Positions 57,504 to 64,000 of a DNA stretch of 64,000 nucleotides are shown here, piece by piece. The translations under genes and the position numbers were made by a program. Positions within the stretch are counted from its first letter, which is position 1, and each line of letters opens with the position of its first letter. The stretch lies in IMG/VR virus record IMGVR_UViG_3300017714_003662, positions 3,945-67,944 of that record; one strand, written 5' to 3'. The stretch comes from a virus. The notes below the pieces were generated by a model. That model saw nothing but the letters and a program-made list of their open reading frames with translations. It was not told the DNA's origin and ran no database searches.

Positions 57504-58254
57504 TAATTTGTTCCTTTGCCCACTTAACCCAAAAGTTGTATGATTGTTGCATTTCTTCTGTGTATATACAATCTATTTTATTACATAAATCCTGTAAGTC
57601 AAGATTAAATATATCGTCTATTAAAACATCAGCAGGGTAAGATGGCTCTTGGCCATTATATCTAGCTACCTCTTTTGCTTTATTAAAATCTTCATCTGTT
57701 GCACACGATTTCCAACCCCACCAAAAAGCACTTTGTAATTTCCAAAAAGGTATTTCGTCTTCTTTTAAATAATCAGCAAATGTTGTATACATATATTCTC
57801 TGTATTTTGGATCATCTTGATGATGATCATGTATATGCATGTTCATTGATTCTTTTATATCATCAATTGGTCTGTTTGCATAAAGTTTCCAATAATAATC
57901 AAAAGTCTCCGTTGTAGTTTTTATTCCTATTTTGTAGGCATTGCTTTCCCAATTTTTTTGTTCCCATGCACCATAACTTATACCCCATACACTCCTGCCT
58001 TTATTACTATTAATAATATCTTCCATAACAGGCACATATGAAGGGTCATCTAATTCTTGTGCTTCAATCATTTTATGACTCCAATGATCATGGTCGTCAC
58101 TATGATTATCCCAAGGATCTACATCTTTTTGATCTAATTCTTCTTCATTAATTCTAAAATTAGTAGATGTATATGTTGGACTTTTTTCTAGCACCCATCC
58201 CAATGCTCCGCAATCAGGTCCTGCACTACTGTAAATATGCACATGTTGTTTCAT
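57493..58254 (-). CDS. Hypothetical protein, possible degenerate sulfotransferase fold
   Basis: HIYSSAGPDCGALGWVLEKSP; start ATG 58254. Confidence 0.5.
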   Translation of the reverse strand: MKQHVHIYSSAGPDCGALGWVLEKSPTYTSTNFRINEEELDQKDVDPWDNHSDDHDHWSHKMIEAQELDDPSYVPVMEDIINSNKGRSVWGISYGAWEQKNWESNAYKIGIKTTTETFDYYWKLYANRPIDDIKESMNMHIHDHHQDDPKYREYMYTTFADYLKEDEIPFWKLQSAFWWGWKSCATDEDFNKAKEVARYNGQEPSYPADVLIDDIFNLDLQDLCNKIDCIYTEEMQQSYNFWVKWAKEQISDN

Positions 58255-58922
58255 AATTCTGCCTTTTTTAATATTTCTTTTGCCCAACTTGTTTCATCTG
58301 GATTTACATTCATTTTTCTTTGCCAAAAATCAATGTCTAAATAGTTGGTAACCATTTTAAGTTGCTCACTATTAAATGTATCTATAAGATTTTGTGCGCT
58401 ACTACTATTAAACAATACCCATGGACTTATCTTACCACTACAAATATGAAACGTTGCTAAATTAGGGCTTACATCTTCAAAATATTTGTTAAATGTAGTA
58501 TTATTTTCCAATGCCCATTTTTCTAAGAATATAATGGTTCTTTCTACAGCCCTATCTGTACTTTCAGTTTTTTGTCGTTCTTTCATCCATTCTGTAAAAT
58601 ACTTATCACGAGTCCAATGATCAAGTCTTGCTTGTTTAGCTAGTAAATATTTTACATAAGCTGGAATATCATCAATACCGATATCCCTACAATAATAGCC
58701 GAACTTACAAAAAGCAATATAGTATTGACTTTTCGCAAAATCGTTATAATCTTTATCTTGTTTACTGTTAGTGCCGATTTGATAAAATAATTGATAGGCT
58801 CGAAAACCAAGCTGAACATGTGGTTCTCCTTTCTGCATATGTCTACGTTTTGGTTCACAAAGATGAACAGCAAGAGTGCTTTCTTTCTTGTATTCTTTGT
58901 TGCAATATTCACATTTATACAT
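58251..58922 (-). CDS. Conserved protein with N-terminal C2HC zinc finger
   Basis: CEYC..HLCE, GKISPW. Confidence 0.7.
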   Translation of the reverse strand: MYKCEYCNKEYKKESTLAVHLCEPKRRHMQKGEPHVQLGFRAYQLFYQIGTNSKQDKDYNDFAKSQYYIAFCKFGYYCRDIGIDDIPAYVKYLLAKQARLDHWTRDKYFTEWMKERQKTESTDRAVERTIIFLEKWALENNTTFNKYFEDVSPNLATFHICSGKISPWVLFNSSSAQNLIDTFNSEQLKMVTNYLDIDFWQRKMNVNPDETSWAKEILKKAEL

Positions 58923-59377
58923 TATTTGAGTATATCTTTTATTTGTTTTTTGTCAAGTCCATATTCTTCTAAAAGTTCATTGAAGTTTTCTTTACTACGA
59001 CATGCAATAAAGATATCTACCTCATCATCATTGAGATGTGAATAATTTTCTTCTACCCATTTTTGTAATTTTGTTTTTTTTCCTGCTCTACCAGGAGCAA
59101 TCCATGGATGAAACGTTGGCTTGCCTAAACCAACAAGTTGTAACAGTTGCCATTGTAGTTGTGGATGTTTACGTAGTTTATTAAAATGAACATTTACAAC
59201 TTCATTTGTCCATTCTAAATAATGCTCTTGAAACATTTTTTCGCCTGCATTACTAGTATATCTCATAAGCAACCACATGCCTAGTTTACCTTTTTCTTCT
59301 TCTGTGAGACTATCATACCAACGTCTATCTTTTGAGTCGATGGCTCTCATCTCTTCTTTAATATTTAACTTACTCAT
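58922..59377 (-). CDS. Clamp loader small subunit-like (gp62-like)
   Basis: LLMRYTS, NEVVN, HPQLQW, HPWI; replication context. Confidence 0.5.
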   Translation of the reverse strand: MSKLNIKEEMRAIDSKDRRWYDSLTEEEKGKLGMWLLMRYTSNAGEKMFQEHYLEWTNEVVNVHFNKLRKHPQLQWQLLQLVGLGKPTFHPWIAPGRAGKKTKLQKWVEENYSHLNDDEVDIFIACRSKENFNELLEEYGLDKKQIKDILK

Positions 59378-59543
59378 CGACTTCGTCGGCCCTTATATCT
59401 TGTTCTATCATGTCGTACATACTACTGTAACACCATTCACAAAATGTAACTGGCATTATACCAAAGTATCCTTGTATGCCACCTGCATCCTCGTCATAAG
59501 GACTATCGCATATACTACATGTATCTTTAGGTTCAAGACTCAT
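59370..59543 (-). CDS. Small CxxC..CxxC zinc-binding protein
   Basis: MSLEPKDTCSIC..FCEWC; start ATG 59543. Confidence 0.6.
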   Translation of the reverse strand: MSLEPKDTCSICDSPYDEDAGGIQGYFGIMPVTFCEWCYSSMYDMIEQDIRADEVDE

Positions 59544-59638
59544 AGTCCTAAACTCCACATCCATATTGGAATAATAATAAAATGTAAAGCAATACAAATA
59601 CCTAACATCAAATATACAATACGCTTTTGAGGATCCAT
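59540..59638 (-). CDS. 32-aa single-TM peptide
   Basis: MDPQKRIVYLMLGICIALHFIIIPIWMWSLGL*, coupled on both sides. Confidence 0.55.
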   Translation of the reverse strand: MDPQKRIVYLMLGICIALHFIIIPIWMWSLGL

Positions 59639-59847
59639 TACCAAAATCCTAACATTCTTCCATTACCTGCAATTATAGCACAACATGTAACAATATGCAA
59701 CACAATCCAGAATGTTCTAAACAATAATGCTTTATGAACATCATCTTGCGTAATGGGTAAAAACTCTGGCTTGTCATCATCATCGAGTCCAACAGGCATG
59801 CCCACTGTTCTACTCCATAATTTTAAAAAGCGTCTTTGTCCACTCAT
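59638..59847 (-). CDS. Small membrane protein
   Basis: TAATG-coupled. Confidence 0.65.
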   Translation of the reverse strand: MSGQRRFLKLWSRTVGMPVGLDDDDKPEFLPITQDDVHKALLFRTFWIVLHIVTCCAIIAGNGRMLGFW

Positions 59848-60068
59848 TATCCACTCACGTATGTTTTAGACGATGGACGATAAAAGTTTTTTTGATCGTG
59901 AATACGTCCTAACAAATTTTGTATTTCAACCATTTCGTCTCTAAGTTGAGGAGAAGTTTCACCTTCTGCTATAGCAAGTCCTCTACGTCCTGCTTTTGCT
60001 CGTAGTGCTTGTTCAATAATTTCTATGTCTCTAATTGTAAGTTCAAATTTGTTATTTGCTTTTACCAT
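59847..60068 (-). CDS. Conserved hypothetical phage protein
   Basis: FELTIRDIEIIE..LLGRIHDQKNFYRP; start ATG 60068. Confidence 0.7.
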   Translation of the reverse strand: MVKANNKFELTIRDIEIIEQALRAKAGRRGLAIAEGETSPQLRDEMVEIQNLLGRIHDQKNFYRPSSKTYVSG

Positions 60069-60562
60069 AGCTGTGTTATATCCAATACTTCTGGTAACTT
60101 GTTTGCATCCTTTACAAACATCACACAAGGGGGATTCTCTCCATCATGTAAGGGAATACATAGTAAATGACCAAATTTAAGTTTTGGTGCATACCATTTT
60201 ACATCAGTATATATATTAACTATACTTACGTCTAGATATTGCGGCGTATATCCTGTTATTGGATTAAATGCAAATGAATGAAATCCTCTATCATTAAGGC
60301 TCATTAAACTTACAACTTCTGGATCTCCCACCATTGGATCGCATATAACCATGCTCCAGTCTAATGGCATACTTATAGTATACTGACCTACTTTTAAAAC
60401 TGCTGCAGGAGCATAGAAACTTTCCAAAAATACAAGTGGAATAAAATAATAATCAATATAGCTTGGATTACTGTAATCTAATATACCGTATCTCAAGTCT
60501 TCTACTGTATCAGGAACTTCATCCAAATCATAAGTTTGATTTTCAACTGTTAAAATTTTCAT
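60062..60562 (-). CDS. Conserved hypothetical protein next to UvsW
   Basis: DYYFIPLVFLESF..PA, KWYAPKLK. Confidence 0.7.
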   Translation of the reverse strand: MKILTVENQTYDLDEVPDTVEDLRYGILDYSNPSYIDYYFIPLVFLESFYAPAAVLKVGQYTISMPLDWSMVICDPMVGDPEVVSLMSLNDRGFHSFAFNPITGYTPQYLDVSIVNIYTDVKWYAPKLKFGHLLCIPLHDGENPPCVMFVKDANKLPEVLDITQLW

Positions 60563-62010
60563 TAATAATCAACTTTTTCAATAGTAAAGGGGTAGTTAGC
60601 CTCTTTATAGAATTTTTTACGTTCAGTCAAATGTCGCTTGCTGAACTTGGCTGTGCTCGTCACATCCCAAATTTGAACAAAGTCTTTATCTTCTGCTTTA
60701 CGCACACCTCGCCCTATTGACTGTATAACACGGACAAAACTTTTTCCAGGCTCAAGAAGCACAAGATTAAATATACGAGGAATGTTAATACCGACAGCCG
60801 CAACTCCGTATGTTGCCACAACCACATGATTCGTTCCTTCGTTAATTTCTGTGTATGCATCTTTTCTATCCATTGTTTTCATTTCGCCACTTACAAATTC
60901 TGCTTTAGGAATACGCTCACATATCATTTGACCACATTTAATACGATCAACTAATACAAGTGTATTACCACTTTTTGAAATTTTAGTTATAAGTTCAGAA
61001 ATATAATCCATTCTATACTTGTCAGTTGTCAAGTATGTAAGCTCGCTTTGATAATTACTATATTCTGCATGTTCTTTCATTTGCACAACATTTACATGAC
61101 ATTTAGATAAAACATCCATGTCTTGTAATTCGCTAGCACTTAATTTATTTACCACTTCTCCTAAACAGGCCTGCAAACTAACTTTTTCGTGATCAGCTTT
61201 AGGAATTGTACCTGTTAACCCCCATCGTAGTGGTATATGTGAAAAATCTTTAGTAAGTAATTCTTTTAAAACATCTGCTTTAGCTTGATGAACTTCGTCA
61301 ACAATAACACAAGAAACATCTTCTGCAAATTCTTGTAAACTTAATTCACTTTCTCCTTCTCGGAAACGTTTTCTAATACTGTTAAGACTTTGCCAGGTGC
61401 AAATAGTGTGCATTTTACCTAAGTCTTTTTTGTCACCATAATAAACACCAACGTCCAGTCCTAAATTTACATAGTCGTCATATGTTTGTCTAACTAGATC
61501 TTTATTGGGTACAATAACAATACTGCGTCCATATTTTTCTACACGCTCACTTAATGCAGCAGTAACAAGAGTTTTACCAGCACCTGTTGCAATTTCTTGC
61601 AAACATTGTGGTGTATTTAAAAACTGGTTAACTATCTCTATTTGATAGTCACGTAATGTTACTGGCTGTCCTTGTGCAGAATGACCTTCCGGCCATAATT
61701 TGTGTTGGAAGGTTGTTTGATCAACAGCGTCAAACTCAAAGTCATTATGTTTGCGATTATCTTCAACAACTATTTCATAACCATCTTCCACAATAATAGG
61801 CAAAATCCTATCTAAAAGATTTATATATGTTACTCCGCCTACTGTAAAATAGCTTGTGCATCCATCCCAACGTCCCAATTTAAAAGCCGGAACGTGACGT
61901 GCATAAGGCAAGAAAAACTTTAATTCTTTTTCACACTTTTTACGTGTATCTAAATCAAGTCCTTCTATCTTACAATTTACTTCATCTTTTAAAACAATCT
62001 TACAAGCCAT
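60562..62010 (-). CDS. uvsW: SF2 DNA helicase UvsW-like
   Basis: LRDYQ, ATGAGKT, VDEVH, GLTGT, GINIP, QSIGRGVR. Confidence 0.93.
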   Translation of the reverse strand: MACKIVLKDEVNCKIEGLDLDTRKKCEKELKFFLPYARHVPAFKLGRWDGCTSYFTVGGVTYINLLDRILPIIVEDGYEIVVEDNRKHNDFEFDAVDQTTFQHKLWPEGHSAQGQPVTLRDYQIEIVNQFLNTPQCLQEIATGAGKTLVTAALSERVEKYGRSIVIVPNKDLVRQTYDDYVNLGLDVGVYYGDKKDLGKMHTICTWQSLNSIRKRFREGESELSLQEFAEDVSCVIVDEVHQAKADVLKELLTKDFSHIPLRWGLTGTIPKADHEKVSLQACLGEVVNKLSASELQDMDVLSKCHVNVVQMKEHAEYSNYQSELTYLTTDKYRMDYISELITKISKSGNTLVLVDRIKCGQMICERIPKAEFVSGEMKTMDRKDAYTEINEGTNHVVVATYGVAAVGINIPRIFNLVLLEPGKSFVRVIQSIGRGVRKAEDKDFVQIWDVTSTAKFSKRHLTERKKFYKEANYPFTIEKVDY

Positions 62011-62045
62011 ACATTTAATATACTATAGTTACAGTGAAATGTCAA

Positions 62046-62069
62046 TAAAAAAGCCCCATAAGGGGCTTT
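62046..62069 (-). terminator. Intrinsic terminator
   Basis: AAAGCCCC-TTAT-GGGGCTTT plus T-run. Confidence 0.8.
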
Positions 62070-62087
62070 CTGTTATGTATGAAGCAA

Positions 62088-62954
62088 TTAAACTCGCTTC
62101 ATACATGTGCATTCTGCCATTCGTTTCCAACGATTGCTCATTGACTTTTTTAAGTCTGCTAACTTAGTTACCATACGCAAACTAATCTCACGCATTCTAT
62201 CTTTGTTAGAAAACATGAAGTCAATAACTTCTTGTTGCTCTTTCTTATTAAATCCGTACTCATTAAGCATACCGTCTGCAACGATTTGTTTACAACGTAG
62301 CATTTTTTCACGTGTTGTATCAAGTGTAAGATCAAGATAGTGACAACGTGACATAATAGCATCCAAATGGTCTTTCATTTTACCACGAACTTTATCAAAC
62401 TTAAGATTAGTAATAAAAATTACACTACCTTTAAATTCAAAAGTATCTGGAATACCTTCACGTCTCAATAAAGAACTATCAGTGTTCCAACTAATCTTAC
62501 GCTTTTTACTTGAGTCAAGTGCAGCTTTAAGAAGGTTAAGAGAAGTTTCATCATACAATACTGTATCACAATCATCTAGCACTAACACATTACCTTTGTC
62601 TGCATAGTTATAAAGCAACTTATACAAACCTATTGCAGATGCGGCACCTTTTTCAATGCCAAAACGCAAACGCTTACCTGCAATTTTGTCAAACAAATTG
62701 TTCTTCTCAAGAACAAGTTCAACACCAAAACTTTTACCAACACCTGGAGGTCCAGTAACTACCATACCTCGCACAACACCGTCAATACTTGCTTGTGTCA
62801 TATCTTCAAGTATTTGAAAACGCTCACGTGTTCTCTCTATGATTTGTGCATCAGTTTCATTGGGGTTGTCTACAGCTTCGTCTACTACTTTAATTAAAGT
62901 TTCTGCTTTAGTAGGACGTCCACGCTTGGTAGTTTTTAGTGCCATTTTAGTCAT
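62088..62954 (-). CDS. AAA+ ATPase
   Basis: GPPGVGKS, VLDDCD, FITN, SR finger. Confidence 0.88.
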   Translation of the reverse strand: MTKMALKTTKRGRPTKAETLIKVVDEAVDNPNETDAQIIERTRERFQILEDMTQASIDGVVRGMVVTGPPGVGKSFGVELVLEKNNLFDKIAGKRLRFGIEKGAASAIGLYKLLYNYADKGNVLVLDDCDTVLYDETSLNLLKAALDSSKKRKISWNTDSSLLRREGIPDTFEFKGSVIFITNLKFDKVRGKMKDHLDAIMSRCHYLDLTLDTTREKMLRCKQIVADGMLNEYGFNKKEQQEVIDFMFSNKDRMREISLRMVTKLADLKKSMSNRWKRMAECTCMKRV

Positions 62955-62986
62955 TTAAGTCTCCTAACTTTGTAAACTATACTTAT

Positions 62987-63015
62987 ACTTTACAGTAAGA
63001 TATCTTACTTGTCAA
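62987..63015 (-). promoter_or_regulatory. Early sigma70-type promoter with a perfect 16-bp palindrome in the spacer
   Basis: TTGACA-AGTAAGATATCTTACT-g-TAAAGT. Confidence 0.75.
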
Positions 63016-63018
63016 CCA

Positions 63019-63711
63019 TTAATTTAAGATTTTTGTAATTTTTACACGATTAATCATTGTTTCTTTTGCACCAGTGTATCGACTATTTTCGTGTTTATTA
63101 ACTGTTCCACGAATACTAATAATTTTACCAGTAATAATATCACTTACATCTGGTTGATCTCTCCACCAAAACTTAATAAGATCTTTACCAGCATATACAC
63201 CTGTAATCATATATACATTAGAAGTTTGAATAAACTTAACATCAAGTATCTCTATATTAATATCATAGCGTTTGCTTTTTTCTCCAAAAAACATACTGCT
63301 ATGTTTTAATTGAGACATACGATCATTTACTTTTTCACGTTTTTTATCAATACTAATACTATGAGGCAAACTAGCAATAATACTTACTGCAAAATTATTA
63401 GGTGTTTCATTTAGCGATCTTACAACATTTGATTCAAAATTGCTAAGATTACCTGTTAACTTTTTTAGCATCATTTTGCCATTAATATTATTTGCAAGCT
63501 CATTAGCTTCTTTAAGTTCTTCGTCAGTAAAGGTTTTACCTGAAAACAACATATCATTAATCATAGATTTATTATCTTTGATTTCTTTTATAACATTGCC
63601 GTCATCGTCATATTCAAAATGACCATATCCACTTTTTACAAAACCCTGAGAATTATATACTAAAATACTTGCGGCAATAATATCTACTACACTGCAATCT
63701 TGGATTTTCAT
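63019..63711 (-). CDS. Hypothetical protein with C-terminal OB-fold-like segment
   Basis: IRGTVNKH..ETMINRVK; promoter TTGACA-N17-TATATT at 63743-63771. Confidence 0.65.
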   Translation of the reverse strand: MKIQDCSVVDIIAASILVYNSQGFVKSGYGHFEYDDDGNVIKEIKDNKSMINDMLFSGKTFTDEELKEANELANNINGKMMLKKLTGNLSNFESNVVRSLNETPNNFAVSIIASLPHSISIDKKREKVNDRMSQLKHSSMFFGEKSKRYDINIEILDVKFIQTSNVYMITGVYAGKDLIKFWWRDQPDVSDIITGKIISIRGTVNKHENSRYTGAKETMINRVKITKILN

Positions 63712-63798
63712 TGTATGTTCCTTTTGCTAACTTACATATATTAATATATAACACTTCTTAATTGTTGTCAACCAAGAAGTGTTACTTTTTTAATTTTT

Positions 63799-64000
63799 TT
63801 ATGCTGCTTTTGCTAGTTGTATTGTATCCATTGCTGCAATCATACGGGTCATACCAATTCCACCGCCTACTCTTTGAAAGAAATCAAACTCTAAAAACTT
63901 TTCTAGTTCTGCTTCTACTCTTTCTTTACCAAATAGTTTGTAAAGTAACTCACTGTATTCGCCATCAGTAATACTATGGAATGTGTCACGCATCATATCA
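63799..64000 (-). CDS. C-terminus of class II aaRS-core/AsnA-like protein (5' part outside window)
   Basis: Motif 3 GGGIGMTRM. Confidence 0.65.
   Translation of the reverse strand, partial: DMMRDTFHSITDGEYSELLYKLFGKERVEAELEKFLEFDFFQRVGGGIGMTRMIAAMDTIQLAKAA

Noticed and set aside
1549-63971. Many short plus-strand ORFs antisense to long minus-strand genes (e.g. 23460, 39432, 55096, 18868)
   Set aside because: Antisense shadows with no SD, no motifs and biased I/S/L/F composition.
1-64000. Stop-codon reassignment or suppressor tRNAs
   Set aside because: Conserved genes are full length in code 11, TAG and TGA terminate genes, and all anticodons are sense.
1-64000. CRISPR array, integrase, transposase, intron or intein
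   Set aside because: No regularly spaced repeats seen; nrdA, nrdB and the helicases are uninterrupted and of normal length.

Overview
AT-rich (visually about 30% GC), gene-dense, mostly minus-strand segment of a large lytic tailed phage (jumbo/huge myovirus with T4-like core genes: gp41-like helicase, gp61-like primase, UvsW, class Ia NrdAB, glutaredoxin, PAAR spike tip, TAAATA late-type promoters). The permuted tmRNA, pseudoazurin, DUF1127 gene and ROSE-type hsp20 leader point to an alphaproteobacterial, probably marine, host. The left two-thirds is an accessory region: 9 tRNAs, a two-piece tmRNA, a translation/proteostasis kit (IF3, bS21, ClpX, ClpP, ClpS, Hsp20, small alarmone hydrolase), six radical SAM enzymes plus flavodoxin and flavodoxin/ferredoxin reductase, four 2OG-Fe(II) oxygenases, Leu dehydrogenase, GuaC, DHODH and a vanadium haloperoxidase. 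Top candidates for new biology: (1) a permuted tmRNA whose excised intervening segment carries a complete protein-coding gene closed by a 12-bp stem; (2) a phage-encoded vanadium haloperoxidase; (3) a window-wide leaderless-gene architecture (TAAATA-N5-ATG) alongside phage IF3/bS21; (4) a structured RNA leader on a DUF1127 operon. All protein calls come from motif recognition by eye; no searches were run.
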